A DNA stretch of 64,000 nt from Balamuthia mandrillaris (taxonomy: Eukaryota), in the NCBI GenBank assembly GCA_031835245.2, contig JAVKOQ020000018.1:186001-250000 (forward strand). The letters are read 5' to 3'. Positions within the stretch are counted from its first letter, which is position 1. The number at the start of each line of letters is the position of its first letter. This document shows positions 12,430 to 24,480 of this stretch, piece after piece. Both the position numbers and the translations under genes were made by a program. The notes below the pieces were generated by a model, which was given only the letters and a program-made list of their open reading frames with translations, had not been told where the DNA came from and made no database searches.

Positions 12430-13103
12430 ATGAGTGCCATCTCATCAACGGAAGCAGGCCAGGAAAAGTTGTTTTCCTCTCTGGTTCTTCCTGACTCCAT
12501 CGTCCTCCACATCTTCTCATGGTTGAAACCTTCTGAGTTGTGCCGCATTTCTTTGGTATTTCTTTTTCTCCTCTCCTCTTTATGTTTCCTTCTCTCTCTT
12601 CTTTCCTTTTTGTTTCTTTATTCTTAGTCATTTTTTTTTCTCTTTTTTTTTCGTTTTCTTATTCTTTTTTGTTATTCACTTTTTTTATTTTTGAAAAAAG
12701 GTGGAAAAGAAATGGAACAAACTCGCTTCTTCAAATACTTTGTGGAAAGCTTTCTTTCACCTCGCAGAGGACAGAGCAGGACCGGAGGAAGAGGGCCAAC
12801 AAAAAAACAATAGCCGTCGCAGCCGACCTGCGTCCATTCAACGAACCGTTTCGGTGTTGTCGGAGCAGCCTTCTCCTGACCCCTCTCCCGAGGAGAGCCT
12901 TCCTGCCTCTCCAAAGGAGAAAAGGAGCGTTCAAGTGGTGGCTGCGGTCGTTGAGGAAGAGGAGGAGAGGAAAACGGTGAGAGCGCCTTCGGGAACCCCT
13001 GTTGATGATTGGAAAAAGTTTTATCGCATGTCATGTATGTTTTCCTTACTCTCTCTCTCTCTCTCTCCTTCTCTCCTTCTCTCTCTCTCTTCTCTCTTTC
13101 TCT

Positions 13104-13144
<41 letters not shown>

Positions 13145-14079
13145 TCTCGCTTTCTCTCATTCTCTCTTTCTGTTCTAACTTAAACAAAAGGGAAGAGAAC
13201 AAAGATAGCAAGAGAGATATACGAGTCCGAAAAGACATATGTCACACGCCTCCAAACCGTCGTTGAAGTCTTTATCAACCCGTTTCGCGAGATGGAGGAG
13301 AACAGGTCCTCGAAGGAGGAGAGCAGCAACTATTCTTCCTCCGCCATCCTGACCAAAGAAGAGAGAAAGCTGCTCTTCTCCGAGCTGGAAGTTATTTTGG
13401 GCTATCAGGAAGAGCTTCTCTCCAACCTGACCCTTCGCATCGAGAGTTGGTCTTTGGACCAGCGTTTGGGAGACATCTTTAAGAACATGGTCACCTTCTT
13501 GAAGGTGTATACCTCCTACGTGAATCAGTTTAATCAGGCCATTACCTTGTTGGCCAACCTGAAGACCCGACCGGACTTCAAAGCTGTCCTTTCGGTTTGT
13601 TCACCCTTCCTTTCTGTTCTTGTCCTTTGTTAACTGCTTTGCTCTCTCTCTCTCTCTCTCTCTCTCTCTATGTTGGATCATAGTATATGGAAAGTAAGAA
13701 GAGATGCAATAGACAAACGCTCAACTCGTTTCTGATAATGCCCGTTCAACGCATTCCTCGTTACGTTCTTCTTCTTCAGGTTAGTAATATACATTCCTTT
13801 TGCTTTGCTTGCCTTCTATCCATCCTATTAACATAAACGACAAACAAAACCAAAAGGATTTGTTCAAACATACCTACCCGGGTCATCCCGATCGGCAAGA
13901 CTTGAACCTCGCCTTGAACAAGATGCTGGAGCTGGCCGAGTACATCGACAAGAAAAAGGAAGAAGCGGATCTTATTCATCAGCTCATGACAGTGCAAGAA
14001 TGCTTAGTCGGTTATATGGAGGTTTGCTTTTTTTTCTTTTCTTCTATTTAATGCTTTGTTTGTTATAAACAGTTGTTCT

Positions 14080-14126
<47 letters not shown>

Positions 14127-16173
14127 TGCTGCAAAAAGCCAATCGTGGTACCCGGAAGGAGATACTGTTATGAAGGAAACCTGAGCCGCTTGGTTTCCTC
14201 CTCCACATTTGCAGCCTCTCTTCCCTCTTCCAAAAAGCTCCGCAAAGCTCAGAACAAACCAACGGAAGATGCGTTTGTCGAAGACAAAGATGTCAACACG
14301 AATCGTCGGATGAGCAGAATGCTTCAACGCACCGGGTCGAGAGAGTCCTTTGGGAACGTGCTCAAAGTGTCTCGTGCCAAAGAGGAACAGCTTCTCTCTC
14401 CCACAACAACCAGCCTAAGCGAAGACGAACGAAAATCAAACACTAAGAAAAAGGGAGAAGAGGAGGAAGAGCGTTTGTTGCTGCAACTCGGAAGACGGAT
14501 CGACTATTATTGCTTTCTGTTCACAGACGTGTTGATGCTAGCCAAACGAAACAGAACTACCTCCAACAAATATCACTGGAGCACCCTACGAAAGAAGCTC
14601 CGAACGAAATGGGGAGGAGGAGACCGCTCCAACAATCATTCTCCCTCCGCTTCTCCTGCCCCTGCCTCTCCTTCCTCTCATTCTCCATCGTCTTCAACCC
14701 CTACTTCCCCTCATGGAAGTAACATTTATCAAAACTCACCCGCTTTATCTGGTTCAGGCTCTTCTGTTTCAACGAGACCGGTTTCACGTTCATTCACCCT
14801 TGGAGCAGTGAATCCCTACCTTCATTCTTCTCCTGCTGCTTCATCGCCCACCTCTTCTTCGATGATTGTTGGTTCTTCTCCTGCTTCTCCACGAAGAGAG
14901 GAGGCAGATGGGAGGGATGGAGATGAGGCCCCCGCAGAGACTTACCACTGGGAACAAAGCATTCCTATCAATAGTAGTTGCATTGTCATTGAAAACTTTC
15001 GTACGTCTTTTCTTGTCTCTTCTCCCTTCTCCTTCCTCTTGTAACGCTTCTTAACAAAAAGGAGGAGGCCATCCAAACGGCGAAGCCAAAACCAACGAGA
15101 CCGATGAACCAAGCGATGAAAAACGAGCCAACAGTTTTGGCTTCAAGTTAGTAAGCCCCGACGAGACCTACCAATTCGTCGTCACCACCGAAGAAGAACA
15201 GAAAGCATGGGTGCAAGCCCTCCAAAGCACCATCAACGCCTTACGCAAAGCAGATATTACTGCCAAAAGACGTTCTCTCATTCTTCTCACTCCTGCTATC
15301 AAAAAGGAGTTCACCACTTCCTCTTCCACTCCAACTTCTCCGACTTCTGCTGAGACGAGAGAAAAGAGGAAGCCGTTTGTTGGATCTACTGCGCAAAGAG
15401 CATCCACGACTTTAGCGTTAGGGAAAAAAGGGCATGTGAGAAGTCGAAGTCACGGTAATCCGAAGGAGCTATCCTTCATTCATCACCAACATCAACAACA
15501 AGAAGAGAAAAAAGAGAAGAAGTTGTCGGCGAAACAGCAGAGGAAGAATTCGCAAGAAGAGAAAGAAAAGCAGAATAACAAAGAGAAGGAAGAGAAGAAG
15601 AATGCCGCAAGGGCACTTTTAAGAAAGAGTCGAAGGTTGAGTCGAAGCGTGAACGACGGTTTAACGATTCGCAACAGCAACAATCTTATTCCTGAAGGTC
15701 CTTCTCCTTTAGAGGAAGAACACGAAGCAAACAATTCCAAAGAAGAAACAAACGAGAACCATAACAAGAAAGAAAAACTCTCCACTTCTCCGGTTTTCAA
15801 GAGACAAGCCTCCGATGGACGTTTATTGCCGACGATGATCGGCAAAAGCAAAAGCCACGAAACTCTATCTTCTTCCGCTTCTGCGACTTCAACGAGGGCA
15901 ACTCTGAAAGAAGGAAAGAAGGAGAAGGACAAAAAGACAAAGAAGAAGAAAGAGAAAGAGAAGAAGAAAGAGAAGAAGAGAGAGAAAGAAAAGAAGAGCA
16001 AAAAGAAAGAAAAGGAAGCCAAAACGACTAAAGAAACAAACACAGCCACCTCTCCTCAATCTCCTTATCATCACGTGGAAGACTTGACGGCATCTCAACG
16101 ACGGCAACTTGATAACAAAAAAGCAAACGTGGAGCAAGAGAAACTCGTTCTGGATAATACTTGGAGTATTTAG
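12430..16173 (+). CDS. F-box + RhoGEF (DH) + PH protein, paralogue 2 (divergent from paralogue 1)
   Basis: F-box LPDSIVLHIFSWLKPSEL; DH FLKVYTSYVNQF and LIMPVQRIPRY; PH CFLFTDVLMLAK...EEQKAW; Lys-rich tail ending DNTWSI. Confidence 0.9.
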
Positions 16174-16226
16174 ATGTTGTTGTAATGTTACAAAAAACTG
16201 TTTGCCAAGAAGGAAGAGAAGAAGCT

Positions 16227-19200
16227 TTAGGATAAGTTTTGCACCAGCCATTCCAGTCCCTCGTATAAACCATCTCCACTGAGAGCACAACAAGGTTGCA
16301 GCCTCCATTTTTTTCCTCGCAACAGCATTGGGTCCAGGATTTGCGAAACTTTGGTCAAAAGAAGAGCAAAGGAGGTGAAAAAGAAGACACAAACAAAAAC
16401 AAAAACAAAAAAGAAAAGGAGAGCTTACTCTCGGTGGGTGAGAGAGCACCAGGCAAATCCTGTTTGTTGGCAAAAATGAGGATGACAGCATCTCGCAGTT
16501 CGTCCTCTCTTAACATTCTTTCGAAATCGCTCAACGCCTCTTCTATTCTCTGTCTGTCATTGCAGTCTATAACGAAGATAATGGCTTGTGTGTTTTGGTA
16601 GTAGTGCCGCCATAGAGGTCGTATCTTGTCGGGACCACCGACGTCCCTTTTTGTGTTGTGTTATTATTTTCACATAAAAGAATAAACAACAAAAGCAAAG
16701 CAGAGAGAATACCAAAAGGTAAAAGAGACACCGCGATAATCCACTGTCTCCACGTTGAACCCTTGTTTTTTTATGATTAGCGAGAAAGGAGAGCCAAGGA
16801 GAGAGCAGAGAAAGGGAGAAAAATAATTAGTACCGATTGTTGGAATAGTGGTAACAATCTCTCCTAGTTTAAGCTTGTACAAGATGGAGGTCTTCCCGGC
16901 AGCATCCAATCCAACCATCAACGCTCGATGCTCTCTCTTTCTAAAGAGCAACTTTCCAAACTTTATCTTGGAGAAGAATAAACCTGAACTCTCTTTGGTT
17001 GATGAAAGTGGAAATGATGATTTGGAAGAGGAAGAGCTCTGGAGAGTGCCGATGTGAGAAACATGAGAGCGAAAAGCGGCAAAGAAGTTGTCGCTGCCGT
17101 TTGGAGAAGACTCGATGAAATGAGTTTCTTCTGGGCCATATCGTCGGTAATAAAGTTGTCTCCATAATTCTTTAATATAAAGAAATAAATGAGCTGAAAG
17201 CAGAAGAGAAAAGAAGGGAATGAAAACCATTATCTCTGGCCATGCTCCGCCACAGCGAATTCAACGCACAGACTTGGCATAACGAATACTCATCCAACAA
17301 GCTCAGCACATGGAATATAACTTCGTTCGGCAACACGACAAAGTTTCCGAGCTCCGAAACAACTGCCTCTTCCTCCGTAACTCCTTTCTCATCACTATCC
17401 AACGAAGAAGATGAAACCAGAAAACAAGTGTGCATCCATCCACACGCAGCATCCAGAACGATTCTTCCGTTGAATGCTTCTATTCGTTTTGGTTGCAACT
17501 CATCGGTTTGCAGTTGTTGGTGACCCAATTGCCCGCAACTGGAGGAACCCCAACTGTAACATTCCCCATTCTCAGTTATTGCTATCGAGTGAGAATGGCC
17601 GTATCCTCCTCCCGCTGCCACTTTTACCACTTTGGGTTCTTTCTCTTTCAATGTAGACGAAGGAGAAGAAGCAGAAGCAGAAGAGAACGAGATGAGGTGA
17701 GGTAAGTATCGGTCTTTCCTATCGCCAAGTCCCAATTGTCCGTTCTTGCCTTGTCCCCAACTAAACACTCGTCCATATCTTGTCACACAAAGCGAATGGT
17801 TATCTCCACAAGCTATCCTTTGCACAGGCACATTATCCTTCTTTCCTGGTAGGTGAATTGAGACCTGAACGGGAACGCTCATAGGGACGTTGTTGCATCG
17901 ATCTCCACTTCCACATTGTCCAAAGTTGTTGCTTCCAAAAGCAAATACTTGTCCGTTACTGCTGAGCATTAAGACGTGAGAGCCGCCGCATGCTATGGAG
18001 ATTATTGGCCCAAAAGAGGCACCAGAAGAAGTAGGAGAGAAAGGACCGACGGGCTGAGCGACGATAGTGAGTTGGGAAGGATTCTCAATGGACCACATGT
18101 AGACCACGTGATCATCTGTGGGTGAGAGAGAGAAAAGCAAAATGAAAAAAAGAAATAAAGAGGACGCAGTTGAAGACCCCAAACAAAGCGTACATGTCAA
18201 GACATAGGCAGAGAGAGCAGTGCATGCAAGCTGACATACCGACAACCCATCTAACGCTTTCAAAGGATGCGGCTCAACGGTGTTGTTGTTAAAGTGGTCT
18301 CCCCATGAAAATACTTGGCAAAACTTGTTCTTCTCGTTCTTCTTCTTTTGACTAGTTCCTTCGTTGTTGTTACTATGCTTGTTGCGCGTTGCGCTTCTTT
18401 CATGAGCAACTGCGATTCCATAAAAACATCCACCAGAAACCTGACTAAAGTCAGATGTTGTTTCTTGAGAAGCTACTTTAGAGAGGCCAGGAACCATGCG
18501 AGGAGAAAGAAGCGGATTGCCAAAGAAATAAGAGGACCGCCAAGAAGAAGAGGAAGAGGAAGAGGAAGAGGAGGAAGAGCCGTTGCCGCCCCACTGCCAA
18601 ACTTGTCGTGTATCAGCATCAATGGCCATTGTATGCACACCTCCACACGCTTTTCGAAAGAGAGAATGAGATGAAGGAGAGCAAAGAAAGGAAGAGGAAT
18701 GAAATAAAGATGGTACCAATTCTCAAGGTTTTGGTGTCCTTGAATGCAGAAACTAACGTTGGTACGGCCAATTGTTGCATGTTACCATGCCCTAATTGCC
18801 CATGTTTACCTTTCGTATATTCTCCGTCAGCGAAAGAAAGAAAAAAAACAAAGATTAAAGAAGAGATAGTACCATAACCACAAGTAAAGATATAGCCACC
18901 ACAAGGAGACGCCACGCTTTCAAACATCGGCTCATCTGCTTCTTCTTCTTCTTTCTCCTCGTCATTCTCACTTGGCGTAAAAAATCGCTTTTGACGGAAG
19001 TAAGGCAACAAATCGCAACGAAGAATCATGCACAACTGCTCCGGATCTTTGATGCACGAACTTTTGCCTTTGCCTCCAAAGAGAAGCGCTTGCGTTCCCA
19101 CCATCGTAAAGCTGTGGTCTCTTCTTTCGGCTGGCCATATCTCATAATAGCATCCATCTGCTTCTTTTTCGTCTTCTTTGTCTTTGTCATTCTTGTCGTC

Positions 19201-20711
19201 TTCTTCCTCATTTTCTTCTTTTACTTTCTCTTTGTCTTTCTTATCTTGCTTCTTCTTGTTTGTTTCTCCACTTTCTTCGTTCTCTCTTTCTTTTTCCTTT
19301 TCTTTCTTCTTGACAAGTTCTTCTTCATTGTTGTTGGTGAAATGTTGAAGTTGCGTCCATAGTCGAAGATTTAAGTCCAATACCCAAAGATCTTGTAAGA
19401 AGCCCTCTGCATTACTCCCTCCAAACATTAACATGAAATGTCTCCAAGTCGTCACTCGATGTCGGCTTCTTGCTGCTGGAAACAAACGCCGTTCTTTCTT
19501 TTTCTGCTTCGCTTCGGATGAAGAAGAAGAAGAAGAAGAAGAAGAAGAAGAAGAAGAAGAAGAAGAAGAAGAAGAAGAAGAAGAAGAAGAACAAGAAGAA
19601 CAAGAAGAAGCAGAAAAAGCAGAGGAGGAGGAGGAGCACACGAGGCGTTCCCAAGTGGCAGTAGGAAGATGACAGGAGCATAGGTCATCGCGATAGTTGT
19701 TGCTCTCATCCAATCCACCGAATACCCAAAGCTTATCAAAGTATATAACAGCACTGTGATTGTATCGACGAGGAACGGGCATTCCTCTGCATTCTATTCT
19801 TTGCCAACAGAAAGCAGAACAATCTGAAGACGAAGGGGATGGAGAAATGCAGATACGAAACAAGTCGTCACAAACGGAGGAAGAATGGTTGGAGCCACCA
19901 AAGAGATAGAGGTGGCCGTCGCTTTCGTTGGAACAAAGAGTATGGGCACTAAACGACTACGAAAGTGAGATATAGATTGAAGCAGAGTAACAAGGAGGAG
20001 ACACAAAGAAAGAAAACGAGAAAAAAGAAAGCGAAAGAGAAAGAGAAACGACAAAGCAAAACAACGAAAGAGAAAGAGAAAGAGAAACGACGAAAGAGAA
20101 AGAGAAACGACGAAAGAGAAAGAGAAAGAGAAAGAGAAAGAGAAAGAGAAAGAGAAAGAGAAAGAGAAAGAGAAAGAGAAAGAGAAAGAGAAAGAGAAAG
20201 AGAAAGAGAAAGAGAAAGAGAAAGAGAAAGAGAAAGAGAAAGAGAATATAGCAAACGAGAAAAAAGAAACAACGAACGAACAAACCTGCGAGGAGAAGGT
20301 TGAACAGCTCCTTTCGTTTCAAGGCGCGACCAAGTATTCAGGGCAAAGGAATAGGAATACAGGTCGTTGTGATGGCTCTCGCTCTGCCCTCCGAACACGT
20401 ACATTTTGTCGCCAAGAACGGCCGCCGCATGGCCCGCCCTTGGGCAAGGCGGGTTGCCGCTCCAGTCTTTGATCTGTAGCCATGTTTTGGTGTCTTTTTT
20501 TTATTTTTGATCAGAACAAAAAAGAAATATATTTTTTTTACCAAGAGATCAAAAAAACTAAACCAAAGTTGAAGCACCACAGCTCGTTGACAAGAGAGCG
20601 GGTGAGGTTGTCGAAGCCGCCAAAGACAAAGCACGAGTTGCCGTAGACCGCCGCGCTGTGGTCGAACCGCGGAGAGGGCACCCCCGACTTGAAGCTCGTC
20701 CAACTGGACAT
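16227..20711 (-). CDS. Kelch-repeat + RCC1-repeat + F-box + C-terminal Arf GTPase fusion protein
   Basis: Kelch ([23 protein letters not shown]) runs into RCC1 repeats ([25 protein letters not shown]) within ORF 18619..19863 and 17172..18719. Then F-box [13 protein letters not shown], then Arf [27 protein letters not shown], ending [14 protein letters not shown]. Confidence 0.88.
20113..20243 (-). repeat. (CTCTTT)n intronic microsatellite
   Basis: GAAAGA/GAGAAA hexamer tandem array on the + strand. Confidence 0.9.
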
Positions 20712-20889
20712 CTTTTGGATTTTTCTGTTCTCTGATTTTTTTGAATACAAAAAGGCGATAATTTTCGCTTGAAAAAGGAAAATAGGTTGATATTTTCAGT
20801 TTTGTTCAGTTTTTTCGATAAAAGTTTCATTCATACGATAGGTACAGTCGATTATCGGAATTGATAACTTGTTGTCGATACAAGAAAGA

Positions 20890-22049
20890 ATGTCGAAACG
20901 CAGGGAAGAGGCGCTTGCTTTCCTTCAACAGTTGGCTCTGCGAGACAAACCCCAACGACCACCCGTCTTTGACTCGGACAAGCAATACCTCCTTTCCTTG
21001 AGCTGGTGGAGGCGTTGGAAGCAATTCATGGCTGTCGTTGCTGCTTCTTCCTCGCCCATGACGATCCAGCCCTTGCAAGAGGGAGTCCCACCCATCAACA
21101 ACTTTCCCCTCCTCCATTCTTATTCCTTCAGCCTGCTACATGACTGTTGTGTGGCGGTTGTGCTGCGAGAAGATAGAAAACGGACTTGGCTTTCTCTTGC
21201 AAATTCTTCTTCTCTCAAAGACGAAAAAGAAGAAGAAAATGAAGAACAAGCACAAGAAGAAGAAGAAGATGAAGAAGAAGACGAAGTCGTGATACCATAT
21301 TACATCCAACAACTGTTAAACCAGAAAAGAGAGGAGTTCAGCAAATGTGGGCTGAGAGAAAAATTGGTGGAATATGTGGACTACGTTTGGGTCTCTGAGA
21401 GCACGTGGGAAACACTTCATCGGTTTGTCCCTTTCTGCTTTGGACGAATTTGTTGCTGCTGTTCGCTTATTGTGGTTGTTCTTGAGGTGGTGTGGTGGAG
21501 GGCCAACGTTGCAAGCAAGCATTGTGTCTGGCGGGTTCTTTCAGGGGGACATGCTCACTTTAAACCCTTGGACCTTACGTTACGTTTTGGGTGAGAACGT
21601 TCACGCCCCACGGTACGAAGTACCTCTGCACAAGATGGTATTCAGCCCACAGCAACCACTTCACGGTTCGTGTTATGCGTGTTCAATGTGTTCGATGGTA
21701 ATATAACTTAACATGCCAAACAAAAGTGATAAAGCAATGCATTTGCAGTCGGGTCTTTTATCCTCCACACCACATTCTTTTCCTCGCGTGGAACAAAGGT
21801 GGAGAACCGGAATGGAGAAACCTGGATGACCATGATTTGCGAGCTCTCACCCTCCAGGCTTGTGGTAGTTGGATACAGCCCCAACAAACCCTTTTCTTCC
21901 TTTTGTTCAAACGGCCAGATGACACACGAACCATCAACCAAATCACGAATGCTTTACAGACAAGGGTCATTCCTCTGATACGGGAACAGCCAAACGGACA
22001 CCAACTCTCCTTTCTTTCTTGTTCTTCTTCTGAAGAGGAATTAAGTTGA
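20890..22049 (+). CDS. DUSP-domain protein with no USP catalytic domain
   Basis: YLLSLSWWRRWKQF...PPINNFPLL...DYVWVSESTWETLHR|WCGGGP matches the DUSP pattern. No Cys-box or His-box before the stop at 22049. Confidence 0.7.
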
Positions 22050-22082
22050 CAAAAAGAGCGTTTTTTAACTTTTGCTTGTTCT

Positions 22083-24321
22083 TCAATGCTCACAAAGGGA
22101 GAACGGACGTTCAAACAGCCCCTTTGTATTTGCCTTCACAAAATACTTTCTTTCCTTCATCAGATCCTCCCTATACTTCACTGCCTCCTCCAACCTCATG
22201 GGCCAATCCACAAACCCAACAATGTGCTCCACAAGTTCTTTCGGCAGCCTCGAAAACGGAGGGCAGCGCACAATGTGCTCCAAGAACCAATCCATGCGTT
22301 GAGGAGGGACGTTGGCTGTGGAAAGAACACGGTGGGTGGGATCCACCAAGAAGAAGACCAGGATCTTGCGATAGCCCGCTTGGGATTTGTCCTGGAGCTC
22401 GAAAGGAGCCACTTGATGCTGCAGAATGTTAGGAAAGCAGAGGCAACGATCTTCCTTGGTGAGAACGGCCCCCAAGCGTTGGTTCAAAGGGTCCTCACTT
22501 GAAAGGCCATAGATCTCCCTGACACCACGTTCATCGTTTTGCTCATAGTCCGGCTCACAGATGGCTTGACGAAAGGCCAAACGAGACTCAGTGATATTGT
22601 GGGAGGAGAAGTAGTAGATGCCTGAAGCCACAATGTGCTCGTTCTCCATGCCCTCCACGTGCCAGACACCTCCAGAGTAGCTTGGGTTATCGGGAGTGAG
22701 AATGATGTTGGCTAGCTTGACGATGACCTGAAGCTTGCGCCCGCCAAGGTCGATAGCGGGAGGTTGGTCGTAGTTCTTAGGTTTGTTGGAGGGAGGAACG
22801 AACGGCAACGGTGGCTCTGGGTGTTTGAGCACGCGATTCTTTTCCCATTGTTCGTATCTTGAGTCCTCATCATTGAGGTCTACATTTTGTTCGTCTGGGC
22901 TTTCTTCATCATCTGCTTCTTCGTTCTCCTCTTCCTGTTCTACTTTCTCTTCGTCTTCCTCCTCCTCCTCCTCTTCCTTTTCTTCGTCTTCTTCTTCCTC
23001 CTCCTCCTCTTCTTCCTCTTCCTCTTCCTCTTCTTCCTCCTCTTCTTCTTTTTCTTCTTCATCTTCTTCTTCGTCTTCATCGTCCTCTTCATCTTCTTCT
23101 TTACTTTCTTCTTCTAACATTTCCTCCTTCTCCTCTTCCTCCTTCTCGTTCTCTTCCGCATCCTCTTCTGCATCCTCTTCTTGTTCCGCTTTGCCTTCAT
23201 CGTGCTCTTCCGATTGTTCATTTCCTTCGTTCTCATTCTCCTCCTGTTCGTCCTTTTCATCCCCTTTTTCCATGTCCCACCAAGGGGGATACGATGGTCC
23301 TTCGTACCAGCTGTAAGGATCCACAGCTATCCTGTTCTCGCGAGGTTGATCCAAATCTGTCAGCACTCTATTGAACAGAGGGACAAACTTCTCAAAGATG
23401 GCCGCCAAGCAGGGGTACATCCCCTTGTGTCGCACCGGGTGCAGGTTGTTGATGTACGACGCAATGTGCACCTGGCCTGTGACAGCATCCACCTTAAACT
23501 CCGCTGGAAGCCACTGATACTTGAGGGACTTGGTCTTTGTGGGAGTCTGCCAGCTGAACGCATTCTTTTTCTGCTTCTTGCGTTTCGGTCTTGGCACCAA
23601 CGATCCTCCTCCCATCCACTTGAGTGGAGGGTTGGCCTCTTCCACCACTTGCCTAGAAACTCCAGTCACCAAGCAGTAGAGCGAAGGATGGACCAGGTCC
23701 AGAACTTGCTTGTTGCTGCCAGGATGCCAGTCCTTTGCCTCCTCCGGCACATCTTCAAGCACTTTCACTACCTCCAACAGCTGTTCCTTCAGCGCATTGG
23801 GGATGAGGTGGTCCCCTTGCCAAACCCCATCCACGGCGGCGACTTGCACGCAGGACCCGTCCTCGCGCTCTTGGACGAGATCGGCGTAGAAGTGTTCCAG
23901 CTCTTGGAGAACGTAGTCCACCTCTTTCTCTGTGGCTCCTTGTTCCTGGGCCTCGCTCTTCCACTTGGCAACGATGGCAGGGTCCTTCATCTTGCGGAAC
24001 CATTGCGGCTTCTCTCGAATGGTGGCGCTGAGGGACATGAGACGAAGCTCCACCAACGATTTGGGCGCTGCGCCGTCACCGTAGTCGCCATCGGCGAAAG
24101 GGTGAGGGAAGCTCTTCAGCGGGGGAGCTACCGGTTCCTCTTGCTCGTCCTTGGGTCCGTTCTTGCTTTTTTCTAATTGAAGAGAGAGACGGAGTCAGTG
24201 GAAGTAGAAATCGTTTGTTTTTGTTCAGAAAAAAAAACTACAAACTTGTTTGCGAAGGGCCATCTTCCGCAGTGGCAGCACCACTACCGTCAGAGCTGTG
24301 CCTTTGCTTCTTTCTCGCCAT
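22083..24321 (-). CDS. DUF4246-family protein with a long acidic insertion
   Basis: IREKPQWFRK, DWHPGSNKQVLDLVHPSLY, QWLPAEF, SYINNLHP, QVIVKLANIILTP, WHVEGMENEHIV and FFLVDP motifs. Short first exon from ATG 24321. Confidence 0.85.
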
Positions 24322-24480
24322 TGTGGTGGTTGTGTTGTTCTTGTAAATATTTATTTTGACGAAGAAGAAAATTTGGTTTTTATGACTTTTTTCACCCAAA
24401 ATTTTTCTTGGAATAATTTTATAAAAACAAAAAAAAAAAGGAAACAAAGTAGCAAGAAGAGCTTTTGCTACAGTCAGTGA

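Noticed and set aside
19433..20404. Poly-K/E/F/L and (RE)n/(SL)n ORFs
   Set aside because: Off-frame or intronic readings of simple repeats.
23181..24176. 331 aa + strand ORF
   Set aside because: Antisense shadow of the GC-rich DUF4246 CDS.
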